From assembly GCF_018350175.1 (NCBI RefSeq), contig NC_058368.1, forward strand, positions 109,990,001-110,054,000: a stretch of 64,000 nt of DNA, given 5' to 3'. Position 1 is the stretch's first letter; each line of letters starts with the position of its first letter. This DNA is from Felis catus (Eukaryota). The notes under the pieces were generated by a model. It made no database searches. It was not told the origin of the DNA and worked only from the letters and a program-made list of their open reading frames with translations. The position numbers were made by a program, and so were the translations under genes. Positions 12,283-25,176 of this stretch are shown here, in pieces.

Positions 12283-12464
12283 CATTAAAACACATGTGAA
12301 TTGTGATAAAGCAGGGAGGATAAGCTTGTGCCAGCCTTGATGGTATGTGGGGAAGAAGGTTCCAGTAGAGGCAGAGCCCTCCTGGAACACCTGCAAACAG
12401 AAAGACTGCCCATGTGGCTGGCAGGCAGGTGGGGCTGGGAACTAGAGCCAAGATTACAGCCGAG
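12283..12464 (-). repeat. Right arm of a long inverted duplication
   Basis: Reverse complement of 10346-10527. The ORF track shows the same peptides on opposite strands (e.g. FQEGSASTGTFFPT...GWHKLILPALSQFTCVLM). Confidence 0.95.
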
Positions 12465-15400
12465 CCCCCAGCCCCCAAGGAGAACTCCAAGACAGTCCCC
12501 ATTAGGTGGGAGGCTCCCCAGGGCAGGGACCTCAGCTGCCTGGTCTCACAGGGCCTGGCACCTTACACTCCCACTTAATAAGCAGCTGGCCACTGCAGGC
12601 GGAGTAAAATCTACCCTCCTTGCTTCCCCGATGACAGCTCCCCTCAGCACCACGTTCCAGCCGTGAGGGCCTGCCTGAGTCTCCCAGAGCGCGGCAAGAT
12701 TATCCTACCTCTGGGGTCTTCGTGAGAGGTGTGTCCTTTCCCCAGGACTCACAGCTGGCTCCTTCCTTCAGCTCTCTTCTCTTATGTTATGCTTTACGGG
12801 GGCGCCCCCCCTCCCCACAACTGCCCCACTTCGAGGGGATCGCCACTGTTTTCCTGTTTCTCTCCTCAAAGACTGTAAGTTCCCTGAGGGCAGGAATCAC
12901 ATATGGTTTTGCTCACCACTGGATCCCAGCAGCCTGCCCTGTGTGTGGCACATGGAATGTGCTGGGAAAACCCTTGGCGGATGAGCAGTGAGGCCTGCAC
13001 ACCGGATACTTCAGGGATGCTCTGAAGGGGGGGACATCACTTGCGCCCTGCTTCTTCCACCAGCCCCTCCTGCCCTTCTCCCCCACTCTAAAGCCTTGAG
13101 CCAGCCAGTGCTCCCATTTGCCTGGTGTTGGTGAGCTGTGTTCACGGCCCTGAGGGCCACTGAAAGCCATGAGTTCAGTGTCTCCAAACAACCCCTGTTG
13201 ACTGTTGGGTGGACTCTCCTTTCCAGGAAAACACTCCCAAATAGGTTGGATCCAGGAGGCCAATATTGGTAATAATAAAAGCTATTATCCCTGAGCGTTC
13301 TATCTTGCGCTTGGCTAAGCCCTTCACACACAATTCCCTGACCCCTCAGAACAATCTTACCAAGCAGGTGCTCTTATGACTCCCACTGTACAGACAAGAA
13401 AACCAAGGCTCAGAGAGGACCGGAAAACCCGCTCCACAGGACTCCCCATCTGAGCTCCCTAAAGGCTGCTGCAGACCCGTTCCAGGGCTCTCCCGAGGGT
13501 TGAGCTGAATGACTGTAACAACACTATAAGATTGAAGGAGCGTGTTGGGCCTGAAGACTGAGGGGGAAATGGTTAGGGAGGAGTTTTCTTTCTCATGGGA
13601 GACTAAGAGCAGTGAGGAAACACAGGCAGGGCATCTGTTCTGTGTATTCAGAGGCTACTTTGAGCAGGGGACAACCGAGCTGAGTCTTAAAGGAGTTTGA
13701 CCAGAGGATGGGGGAGAGCGGGGCCAGGGGAGGGGTTCCAAGCAGAGGAAACAGTATGTGCAAAGGCCCAGTGCTTTGCTATGAGTGTAGAAGAGCAGTG
13801 GCAGGAGCACCAAGCCATGTGCTGAGGGCAAGGTGGACATTCCTTAAATATCTCGGGCCCAAGAGATGTTGCCTGATGCATCCGTGCATGTCCCGGGGCA
13901 GGGAACTCATAGCCGTCGGGAGAGAAGCTGCCATTTCTGATTTTCTGCCAACTCACAGTTGCATTGTCAAGTTCCAATTAACATTCATGGAATAACTGAA
14001 ATATGTAATTGGAAAACTCATAATGCGTTTTAACCCCATTAGCAGCAGGTGTGTTTTCTCCTCATATGACTCCTCTTGTGAGAGAAGACTGGAGGCTCAG
14101 CAGTGGTTCCCAACAGGCAGAAATAGAGCCTTCTAACCAGGTGACGTCCCCCCTTCACGCCCCAGGGCTAGGGCAGCCCTGTGGTCCCCCAAGCAGACAC
14201 GTGGGTCACTTGGCCCATGGGTGCAGCCTGCTGATTCTGCCCGGTCGGCGGGGTCAGCCCTGAACCCTCACCTGGGCTCAGCCTACTGAATCGGGCATCT
14301 GTCACACTCACTCAGGTCCTCTGGGGCCCTGCATCTTGCTCTGGAAGGCTCCATACTGATCTAGTTACCACACAGAATAGCCCCTTTGCTAGTTAGATAA
14401 TTGTCTTTAAATAAACACCACGGTCTTGCCAGGCTCATCTGACATTTGCCTCTTCTCAAAGAGACAGCTGATGACACTCATCAAGTTCTGAGAAGTAATT
14501 AGGGAGCAGAGGGGCATGGAATGCCTATTAGCACAAGCTTGGGGCCCTGGGTGGGTGAGGTGCACCCCGTCAAAGCAAAGGTGCCATATTCTCACCTGCC
14601 ACCTGCCTCTGAGGACCGCTCCCCGTCGACAGATGTTGAAGGAGGGGTTAAAAATCCCAAACCGTTTCCCCCCTAAAGGCGTGTCCCACTTGCCTTTCCT
14701 GGAGGCCTTTGGACCCTGAGCCCAGCTTGTGGGGTTGTGCGTGTGTATGAGGGAGTTCTTGAAGGCCCTAACAGGGCAATGGGGTGCCCTGAAGATCCAG
14801 CTGTGGGGCTGGCCCTTGGCTGTCCTGGTGGTAGACAGCAATGTAGGCTCTGTCTTGGAAAGCTGTGGCCGGTGGGAAGGGATGCATAAGACAGACAAGC
14901 CACAGCAGCTCCACGTGAGAGAACCCTACTGTAAACTCCGGATCCAGGCAGGCAGCCTGCCTCCAACTTCCCTCTCCGCTCCTCGCTCAAATGATGTCAG
15001 ATGTCACGCGGCCCATACAGACCCCGGGTGACAGATGATCGGGCGAGCAAATTCTAGGTGTTGCTGGGAGGGAAATGAGAGGAGGCCTTTGAGGTGTTTG
15101 GCCAGAGGGTGCGGAGCGGAGCCGGTAGACATTCGTGCAGACTACTGCAGAGACTGTGCACGAGGCAGGGGGGCCGGGGGTGCTGGCTCACGGCGCTGTA
15201 TGAGCACGTCTGTGCGAGTCCCATCTGCACGGCAGTGGCGGAGGCCACGGGTGATGGCCTGTGTCCTACCCTGATCCACTCGCATCCTGGGGGAGACCAT
15301 CTGCGCCTGCTGCACTTCAAGCACACTTTGGGTCCATGCTCCCAGGTCAGGCCGCTGCTAATCAAAGTGTTGTTTCCTTTAATTAGAACAGACTCAAACA

Positions 15401-16299
15401 ATTAAAAAGACCACTCTTCCATTGTTGGGGTGTGACATTCCCTCTTGATCCTAAGACTTGTATCTCTTGGGGCAGAAGCTGGGGGAAGGATGGGGGGAGT
15501 GGGCGCTGTGAGATGAGCAGACCTGCTTTTGGAGGGTGCGGCTGAAGTCCCCGCAGATCTGCAGGGCTGCCCACCCGTTGGACCTCCCCCTGCCACTCTG
15601 CCTGGCCTGTGCAGACACAGCACCGGGCATGGTTCTGCCTGGCATGTATGGCTCTATAACCATACAGAGTCGGGGTCCTGACTCTACTTTGGGCACAAGA
15701 TCTTTTTCTAAGTCCTTGGCCCGTGCTCTTGGAGAAGACTCAGGCATCCAACACCTGGATAAGCCCCCCACCCACCAATCTCCATCCCTCTGCCTGCTTT
15801 GAAATGATTAATAAAGTAACACTTAAAATCTGAGAGGCTGTCCAGTGTCAGATGCAAGGGAGACAACTAAATCAGACACAGTTCCTTCCGTTGAACAAGT
15901 AAGCTTTTCTTGGGCGGGTGCCAGAGGGGATGCAAAAAGACCGATGGGAAAGACATAGGCTGAGGAGAGTCAGAGCACTGCGAACAGAGCTGCCTGGGGC
16001 ATGAGACCCAAGAAGCAGGCAGAGGCGTTCAGACTCAGTGAGGCAGGAAAAAGGGAGCCATTGAAGGCTCTGGAGTGGGTGAGTGCAAGGTGATGGGTGA
16101 TGCTTGGGGAGCCCTGCCAGGGAGCCGTGGGAGTGTTCAGAGCACGGCACCTCGATGCTGCCCCCCGCCATGCCAACCAGACATGGTGGGACAGGGAGGT
16201 CTGTGTGGGTTCTTGTGCCCTCTTATTATAAACAGGAAGAGCTCTGAGAGAAGAGAGACAAACCAAGAAACACTTATGAATGAAAGAAATGAGAAAACA

Positions 16300-16514
16300 G
16301 GGGCACCTGCGTGGCTCAGTTGGTTAAGTGTCCGACTTCGGCTCGGGTCATGATCTTGCGGTTTGTTGGTTTGTAGGCCTGGGCCAGGTTCTGTGCTGAC
16401 AGCTTAGAGCCTGGATCCTGCTTCAGATTCTGCGTCTCCCTCTCTGCCTCTGCCCCTCCCTCCCTCCCTCTCTCTCTCTCTCTCTCAAAAATAAACAGTA
16501 AAAAAAAAAAAAAA
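16300..16514 (+). mobile_element. CAN-SINE (SINEC_Fc-type) with 17-bp TSD
   Basis: GGGGCACCTGCGTGGCTCAGTTGGTTAAG head, (CT)n, A-tail. TSD AAAGAAATGAGAAAACA at 16283-16299 and 16515-16531. Confidence 0.95.
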
Positions 16515-17259
16515 AAAGAAATGAGAAAACAAAAGAGTGCTCATGATGGAGATGGGATTGAGTTAAATCCTGCAATGGGGAGTATTTCAGTTTTGAACAG
16601 TGTCTTGGCAAAATGAGGGGAAATGAGTAAGGTTCAGGTCACGTCCAGCCAGGGGTCAGCCTCCAGCCCTTTCCCCAAAGCTGTCACTAGCACCATGGTC
16701 TCTCGCCGACCCGGGCAGGAGAGACGCGCCCCCTTCGCTGGCTGTGAAACGTCATCCTTAGAACTACCACGGGGTGGGGTCTTGAACTCTCCCACTTCCC
16801 CCTCCGTGGCTCCAAAGGAATCATTTCCCAGTGTCCCCCAAGTCCCAGGGATGCATGTGCTGTCACTGCAGGGAGCCACCCTGACCTCCAGCTCATCTGG
16901 TCTCTCTCCTCCAGACAGGGCCTGGCTGGTTGGAGCTCAGCACCACTGGACACAGCTTGGGGCTGGGACGCCCCTGGGGCAGCAGAAACAGGAAGTGACA
17001 ACAGGCTTTCCACAGACCCTGGGATGGCCCGTGGGTACAGCTACGTCCAAGAGCAGACTCTGTGAAGACCTGGCTTGAGTTCTCAGGGCTGACAGCGTTG
17101 ATCACCAGCACAGTGGCTGCATCACCCCAGGCACCAATAAATCCACTCTGCCCCAGGCCCTCTCCTGGTGCTAGGGCACAGCAGAACGCACCCTGCCCGC
17201 CTACACGGAGCCTGCAGCCTGCGGATGTGTGTGACAAGGTCATTAATGAGGCCGACTGC

Positions 17260-17490
17260 TGAGTGTCCTAGGGTGTGGGCTCAAGCAGTCCTTTGGAGCC
17301 TGAGTTCTAATCCCAGCTCTACCATTTGCTGACTCTGCGACCTTGGACGGATTCCTTTACCTCTCTGGCCCTTGGTTTCCTCTTCTAAGAAATGGGAATC
17401 GGAGTGGGATCTGCCTCAGACATCCTGTGAGGGTTTACCATGTGAAAAGTAGTGAGCATTGTGCCAGGCTCGTGGTGCACACCTGTTAGC
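17260..17490 (+). mobile_element. MIR SINE
   Basis: CCTGAGTTCTAATCCCAGCTCTACCATTTGCTG...GACCTTGGAC...GTTTCCTCTTCTAAGAAATGGG core. Boundaries approximate. Confidence 0.7.
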
Positions 17491-17764
17491 TTGTATGGCC
17501 GTCACAGAGGAACAGCAGACCCTAGAGCTCTGGGAGACCTTCCCAGGTCTCCAAAGTCACGTACGTAAAGACACATGTTACTGAGGTCCGGTGTTTTCCC
17601 AAAGAGATCTCGTTTCTATGAAGCACATTCTAGATACATATCCACCCACTACCAATTAATCCCCTCTTCAGTCTTGACAGAAAACTTTCTTACCCATAGG
17701 TAGGCCATGATTCAAAAGGGCTTTTTAATTTTTTCTATTAAAAAAAAATCAACTCAGAGAAGCT

Positions 17765-17771
<7 letters not shown>

Positions 17772-17803
<32 letters not shown>

Positions 17804-18013
17804 TTTTTTTTTTAATGTTTATTTATTTTTGAGACAGAGAGAGACAGAGCATGAATGGGGGAGGGGCAGAGAGAGAGGGAAACAGAATCGGAAGCAGGCT
17901 CCAGGCTCTGAGCCATCAGCCCAGAGCCCGACGCGGGGCTCGAACTCACGGACCGCGAGATCGTGACCTGGCTGAAGTCGGAGGCTTAACCGACTGCGCC
18001 ACCCAGGCGCCCC
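17772..18013 (-). mobile_element. Young CAN-SINE (SINEC_Fc) with long A-tail and TSD
   Basis: CpG-intact body and ~50-nt T-rich tail on the + strand. TSD GAGAAGCTGCTTTTT at 17757-17771 and 18014-18028. Confidence 0.95.
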
Positions 18014-19104
18014 GAGAAGCTGCTTTTTGTGCGGAAAGAGAAACACAGACTGGTGAGTTATGGCTGCAGGAGGTAAAGCCGTGTGGCTGCTCTGGGGCCT
18101 GGAGACAGTGTCCCAGCTCAAGGCCGTGTCACGGCACTGGGGATGAGATCAAAGCAAGGAAGGGCGAGAGAGAGGCCACTGAGGGACATCTCCTTGGAGG
18201 ATATGACATTTGAGCTGGCCCACGGTGACTGGGCAGATCCTAACGAGCAGGTGGGCCTTCTTGGCTGCTTTGTAGAAGCAATTGTGGTTCTCTTGGTTTT
18301 TACTCAAAGTGTCTGTGAGCGTCTGGAAGTTATAAGACACACTAATCACCTTGATGCTGCCCACAGACCACATTCCTCCTCTGGGCTTCGGTGGAGCATT
18401 TTTAATCCTATAAAAGGAAAACCTAATTCCAGAAGTATTGATTTTAAATTTCTTTCCATCTCTTTCACTTAAAAACAATCCCTCGACTCTGGGCAGCCCC
18501 CACTTTTCCAGGTTGTGTCGACTGGCAATCACATCTTCACATGCACGAGGCCAAACACCAGGGCTTCTCAGTCAGAAACCCTCAGCTTCAAGTGCATGGA
18601 GGCTTTACAGAGTAACTGTTTTGCAGAGGAAGGGATCAGTGCTGCAGGGGTTGGAGACTTAACAAACCCAACCACCTTCCTTAAATCAGTGTTGGCTGGG
18701 AGATGCTACGGGGGCCCCAGCCTATGATGGGGGAAGCTGTGTGGCTCATTTCCTTTTCTCAGACATGGCACAGGAGGCCACCCGGCTCAGCCCTCACCCG
18801 GCTTCTCTTCTGCCCAGAGCTTTGGATGGCTTTCCCTGGCCTGGTACTCGAGACCCGTATGCCCTGGCTGACCTCACCGCTATGACTCCCACCGCCCCCT
18901 ACGGCCTGCATCCTGCGCTCCAGGATACGTCAGGGAACGCGTTCTGTGCCCGCTAGCCTCCCTGTCTTTGCTCACACTGTTCTGCCTGCCATTTACTTCA
19001 GTCACACATATCTTCTGGAGCCATTCAAATGCCAAATGGCACCTCTTCCAAGGAGCCTTCCGTGACTGCCACACCACAAGCACTCTGGGTCTCTCCCTGG
19101 GAAG

Positions 19105-19310
19105 CAGAATAGCGTAGTGTAAAGCCCTGTGTTGTGGAGTTGGATTTGCTTAGTTTTAGTGCCACCTCTGCTACAGCCTGACCGCAGTTGCCTCATCTGT
19201 AAAATGGGGTTAACAACAGTACCTGTCCGCGGTATGAACAACATAAAACGTATGAAGTATTTAGTGTAGTGCCTGGCACAGAGGAATGGCTCAGTAAAGA
19301 AGAGTTATTG
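19105..19310 (+). mobile_element. MIR SINE
   Basis: CCTCATCTGTAAAATGGGGTTAACAACAGTACCT...TTAGTGTAGTGCCTGGCACAGAG...GCTCAGTAAA. Confidence 0.7.
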
Positions 19311-19684
19311 CCCTTTTCGAAAATCACTGACATACGTTCAGTATCCCAGCTCCACCTCTCACTGGCTGCATAGCCCTGAGAACAAGTGACTTCGCCTCTC
19401 TGAGGCTGGAGCCTTGTGGAGTCTGTGGACCCTAAATGAGAGTCTTGGGGACAGGTACCTCTGGGGAGCGGCACTGCCTGCCCCTCCCAGGGCCCATCTG
19501 AGTCTGCCCAAGCCCCACTCCGGCCTACTCCCTATAGAGAGCTGTCCATGGCAATGCTGTTGCTTCTCTGGAAATTGGCTCATTTAGTATTCACAAGACC
19601 AAACACAGAAACTGTCCAGCCAGGAGACGCTTAAAACCTGGCTCAGAGCCCCGTAGCGAGAAACTTAAAACAAAGCAGGCTTTT

Positions 19685-19898
19685 GGGGCGCCTGTGTGGC
19701 TCAGTCAGTTAAGCATCCGACTTCAGCTCAGGTCACGATCTCACGGTTCATGAGTTCGAGCCCCGTGTCGGGCTCTGTGCTGACAGCTCAGAGCCTAGAG
19801 CCTGCTTTGGATTCTGTGTCCCCTTCTCTCTCCGCCCCACCCTTGCTTGTGCTCTGTCTCTCTCTGTCTTTCAAAAATGAATAAACATAAAAAAAAAA
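19685..19898 (+). mobile_element. CAN-SINE (SINEC_Fc-type)
   Basis: GGGGCGCCTGTGTGGCTCAGTCAGTTAAG head and A-tail. TSD AAAGCAGG(C/T)TTTT. Confidence 0.95.
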
Positions 19899-22724
19899 AA
19901 AGCAGGTTTTTGACAAGCCCCTACCTTGTGCCCTATGGCCCTGGATGCTGGGACAGAAGCTTCTTGGAGGGTCCCTTGTTCGTGAAGAGCTAAGGTGCAC
20001 CCAAGGTCTGGTGGTATCTATGGGAAGGACTGTGGCCCAGCTCTGCTGACTTACCCACGCAGCATCCGCATCAGGACAGCTAGACAGCACTGAAGGAGGC
20101 ATCTGAGGACTGAGGGGCACCCAGCCTCTCTGGGTCTCATTGCCAACTAGCTAATAGCGCCCTGCCCTCCCTCCAAAGACAAATATGAGGTCCTGCAGCA
20201 GCTGCTCTCCATGTCTGAGAGGTGGTGTTTTGCCCTCCCCTTCCGTCCCAGAAGCCTGGGCTCAGGGAAGCGTACCAAGGCCTGGAAGAGGCCCTTTGCT
20301 CAAGGGAGCTCCAGGTACTACCCCTTTTTGAGGGAGCACCCGACAGGACAATGTCAGGTCAGTGGCACTGGCCTTCCTGCTATTCTGCCAACACGTTGAT
20401 GGTCCCAGAAGGCCCAGCACAGTCAGCCATGGGACACCCAGCTCCCTCTCTGCCCATGGGGCGAGCACACCCTCTGCCACCTTGGGGCCTGGGGTCACAG
20501 TGGGGACCTTGGAGGCTGCCAGCTCCGGAGCTCCAGGGTAGAGTAGGGCAGAGATGGAGGCTGGCCCAGCCTGGCCTTGGAGGCCCAGCTCCGACTGTCC
20601 CACCACAGAGCTGCCCAGCTTCAGTCCTGCATCACGGAGGCCGGGAACACGGTAAGCACTCGATTAACATTCAATATATATTCTTCAACCCTGTCTCCTA
20701 ATGCCTCCTCTGAACCTTTCTCTCACCTCAAGGAAGAGCCCTTTCCTTCTCTCTCTAGTCACATCTACCTCATCTGCATTCATCAAGCCCATCCTCTTCC
20801 AGGAAGTCAGCTGATCTTCAAGATATTCCAAAGCACCTAGCACTCAGACCCCGTGGTTTTGCATTCTACACTCCTGCACTTCCTTCTGCCCATGGGCCTC
20901 ATCTCCACAGCTGGGGTGGGAGGTCCAAAGTGCAGGGCCCTGTACCATCACTTCCTCCCCTCCCAAATGAATGACTGGGCATGGCTCCCTTCCCCAGAAT
21001 CTCTCCTAGAGGAAAAGCCCTCTAAGACTGTGTTTTAGACTCCAGGAATGAGTGAGAGACCACAGGGTGGTGGGGCAGGTGTCCCACAGCTGGGGACACC
21101 TGTCTCCTGGCTTTCCCAACTCCTGGGCCATCCAAAAGCCTGTCCTGGTGCACATATAGTCCAAGTCTGCTGTTCCGCCTCCAGAGCTGCCCAAAGCTCA
21201 GCACCAGCCATAGGCTGGTAAGGCAACATGACCACAGTACGGCGTGGGGGACTTAGTTCACCTGCATGCTGAGCACAGGTTTGTTTATTCCTACACTCCT
21301 TGGCCATCAGTTCACTCGATGAGAAACACAAATGGAGCAATGGCTTCTGAAACAAGAAGAATTTTGTCTCCACTGCATTTGTATTCAAATGGGCAAAATA
21401 AATTTCAGTGTTTTCCGAGGGTTCCAAGAGCCGGGCCTGCGTACCTAGGGGTGATGATGGCGTTCCTTCCCCGAGAGAGCAGCCAGGATGAAAAATGAGG
21501 CCTAAAACAAACCTTTGCAGTCAATCTGTTAGCAGTGGCACAGGCGCAGCATTGGCCGGGGGGGACCTGTCCTCTGGGCCGGGTGTGCCCCCTCGCAAAG
21601 GCAGCTCAGTGATTAATTATCACATGCCCCAGCCCGGAATTGTGAGGAGCAGGGTGAATGAGTAAGACAGAATTTTATCTCTGAACGCATGGGGTGGGAA
21701 GCCGGTCAAAGTATGTGGTGCTCTAAATGAACGGAATGTTTAGAGCTGCATCAATCAGAGGGCATGTTCTACGCCTACACCTGCCACTTAACTCCTCCTG
21801 CACCAGCATCCAGCTGAGCTCCTGCAAAGCCTTTGGGAAGCCTACTGCCTTCTTCTATGTGGAAACAGAAAAAAGCCTCAAGCCTGAATCTTCTCTGAGC
21901 CCAACACCCAGGCTTCCTGGCAAGTCGGTAGCCCTGGGAGAGGAGGGCCCTCAAGGGATCTTGATGTGGATATCTGAATTTCAGCAGCAGACATTATGGC
22001 TGGGCCTCGGTCACATTGGCTCACTGGGGTGAGGCAAGGCACAAACCACAGGAAGGGTGGCCTGTGGCTTTAAACAGTCCTCCCTGGAGCACTCACAGAT
22101 GGCTCAGAGAAGCAGGGACCATCACACCTGAGATGGGCAGGCCGTGAGAGGCGCCCACGGCTCCAGGATACGCGCCCTTCACCTGTCTTGCTTGAGCCTG
22201 GCAAATGCGTTCAAGGACTTCTTTTCCTTCAACACGACTCTGTGGAACCCCGTGGAGATGCCCAGACCCTGGCTTGTTGGTTGGCTTCAGCAGCCACCAG
22301 GAAGCAGCCGGGCCCGGCAAACCCTGCTTCTCACTCTAGTGCCATGTGTCCCTGCACGTCAGTCTCTCCGCCGGGCCCTCGGTCTCCCCTCCGCCTCCAA
22401 ACCTTCTCCCACTGACTCACAGTGCAGCCTCTCAGAGACCTGGCCAACCCACTCCGCGGCACGTAGCAATCATGTCACAGATGAGGTGGGTTTAAGGGAG
22501 AAGGTGAGTGTGCTTGAGGAAGAGAGGTGAGAGGTGAGAGGGGGGGTGGGCTTGGGGGAGGACAGAGAGTTTGGGCACACTCAGAGTATGATGTCCGCAG
22601 GGAGTGACCAGGAGGACAAGAGGGCTGCTGAAGCGGGGTCTGGAGGTGTGGCTGGGACAAGACCTCCTGCCCCTCTACCCCCCACCGGGGGGCATGTGAC
22701 TGAAGAGAGAAGCTCAGGTAAGCG

Positions 22725-22872
22725 TCTGTGCAAAGTTTTGCTGTAACCCGACCACACTCCTTGGTCTACGGCTGCTTCTACGCCACAATGTCAGCATTCA
22801 GCAGTTGGGGGAGAGACTGTAGGTACTGCATGGCTACAATACCTGCTACCTGGCCCTCTACAGAAAAGGTTC
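22725..22872. mobile_element. MER58A-like hAT-Charlie fragment
   Basis: AAAGTTTTGCTGTAAC...GTCTACGGCTGCTTCTACGCCACAATG...AGAGACTGTA...CTGGCCCTCTACAGAAAAGGTT. Confidence 0.65.
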
Positions 22873-23811
22873 AAGGGGCTGGCGGAGCACAGGAACGCAG
22901 GGGGGAGATGGTGAAGAGGTGGCTGAAGAGGGGGAAGGCAAATGAATGTGTCAAAGACAGGTCAGCAGGGCCTGATGGAGCAGAGAGGCCAAATCTGCTG
23001 AAGACTGAGGCATATCCATTGGATATGTCACGGTAACCTTTAGCAGCCTCAGTTTCCTCGTCTGTACATGTGTGTGGGGGAAGTGCTGAGGGAACTAGAA
23101 AAGCTGCAGGAGGGCCAGGAGTGGGGCCATAGTGTTGATGAGAGAGAGAAGGCCCCTTTAAGGTGATTGGCTGCTTCAGTGAGGAGAGGGGGCCCGCAGG
23201 GAGTAGGGTGCCTGGGGCCATCAGCAAACCCTTGTATCTCAGACCCCAGCCTTGAAAACTTCTCCGAAATACCCGAGTCTGCTTTCCTACGTTGGTTACA
23301 ACGGCCCAGCCCCCTTCCCAGATGCAGCCTTGCCGGGCCTTGTAGTCCCCGCGCAGGCCCGTGGAAATGAGAGATGGAGGGCAGAGCGAGGAGAGAAGCA
23401 GACCGAACGAACGCTGCAGGTTCTGCCGTCCTGGCACTTGCTTGGGTCAGCTCGATGCTTCTTTCCCCATCGCTCACCCCTTTTCCGCACCAGGACCCAG
23501 AAGACAAGTGCACATGGTGGAGGCTTTGCATGCAGGGTTTTCTGACCTGTGGCTCCCATCCTTTCCTCCCAGGGCTGTGCTGGCTTCTGGGTTCTCTGCG
23601 TGACCCAGGAGCTTAGCCTGCAGGGCCTCAGCCCAGCTCCCCACCTCTAGCCCTTCCCTCCGAAGGCTGTGCCTGCCTGCACCACATGGGCTCTGGGGTC
23701 TCCGGGTGCCTGGCGCAGGAGGGGTCGAGCTGCCTGCCGGCCGTCTGGAACATGCCATCGTGATTCATCACAATGGTGCCACAGCCAGGCCTGGGGGCCA
23801 GCGTGTGAATC

Positions 23812-23812
<1 letters not shown>

Positions 23813-23842
<30 letters not shown>
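23813..23842. repeat. Isolated ~A30 tract
   Basis: Read directly. No SINE body is adjacent. Confidence 0.9.
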
Positions 23843-23847
<5 letters not shown>

Positions 23848-24727
23848 GAGTGTGAAGTTAAGTAGCAAACTCATCACTGAAACTCTCACGTTTCCCGAGA
23901 TGAGATGATTCCCATTAACAAAACACCTTCATTTTCAGAGAATCCATGTTCACAGCTTGCTCTGTAGAGCCTGCCCCCACAAGTTATGATTTATATTTTA
24001 TTACAAGGTGAAAAGAGACAAAAAAAATCCTCACAAGGGGGAAAAAAAAAAAAGCCCGCTGACTTTTTACAGCAACTCCCAGGGCATTTGATTTAAAGGG
24101 ACATTGTCATCTTTAATGTTTTCATCCAGAGGAATTAGAGAGCACCACCACGATAATTTAGAGGCTCCTGATTTAAGGGGCAGCCGCCGTGGTCTGGCTT
24201 CACTGTATTTCCCTTTTTATGGTTCCAGAGAGTATTTTCTGAGAGATAATAATGTTGGGTGATATTTCTCCTTTGTCATATGGAGGCCCAAGAAGAAAAT
24301 TAAAATAGGTCCTTTTGTCCCCTCTCTCTGAGGCCAGGCGTGGATCCAGGAGGACTGTCATGGGCCACCTACAGCCACTTTATCTTCCCAGGGCTGGGGC
24401 CTGCCTTTCGGTGCCCCGGTTGTGGTGATGGGGAAGCAGGAGGCCATGCTGGCCCCGCCGGGAAGCATCTGAGCGATCTTTCACGGGTCAGCCCCTTTGC
24501 GCCCCAGACACCCTCCCCAGCGAGAGGTCACAGCGGCCTCTCAACAGCAACCCTTTCTGCTCCCAGTCCTGCCTCCTAGTACACCTATTGCCTTGAGAGT
24601 TCTCTAGTCTGCAGTCTCCCCTGTGGGCGTCCTTCTCAAGCCGGCTTTGATCATGGTCCTCCCTGCCTCCCTAGTTTCCATGACTTCCGTGACAAGCCCA
24701 AACTCTAGGGCCTGGATCTGGGGGCCT

Positions 24728-25176
24728 ATGGCAGGAACTGCTCTGTGTTCACTGAACTGGATTCTTTTCCCAGCTGCAGACATAGCTCGATTACATTTTC
24801 CAGCTGGCCCTGCCATCAGGGGTGGCCATGTGACTGAGTTCTGGCCCATGCAAGATGTCAGAAGGAACGCTCACCAATCCTGGCTGTCCCTCCCCCCCCC
24901 CCCCACCAAAAAAATTCCTACACAATTTGCCCTCTACTCTCTCTGTCCTTCTATATTGATCAGGTACAGGGCATCCAGGAAAAGAATCTGAGGCCCTACG
25001 AGATGACAGAACCACAAAGCTGAAGATGCCTGGGCCCCTGTGTCACTGTGTGGCCTGTGGCCATAACCGAGCCTCAGCACTCCACCGTTACGTGGAGGGG
25101 AATAAATCTGTATCATGTTAAGGCCCTGAGATCTGGGGTGTGTCTGTGACTGCATTTAGCTTCCCTGACCAACACA
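24728..25176 (+). mobile_element. Old MaLR solo LTR (MLT1H/I/J-like)
   Basis: TGGCCATGTGACTGAGTTCTGGCCCA and the 3' end AATAAATCTGTATCATGTTAAGGCCCTGAGATCTGGGG...CTGACCAACACA. Confidence 0.7.

Noticed and set aside
10027..12666. Pairs of ORFs with near-identical peptides on opposite strands, suggesting a duplicated gene
   Set aside because: All frames are shared because of the DNA-level inverted duplication, and similarity stops at the arm edges. No coding signal.
16300..16380. tRNA-like A/B-box sequences at SINE heads (here and in the other copies)
   Set aside because: These are tRNA-derived CAN-SINE heads, not tRNA genes.
23813..23842. Orphan poly-A as the tail of a processed pseudogene
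   Set aside because: No upstream AATAAA, no convincing TSD and no recognisable retrocopy body.
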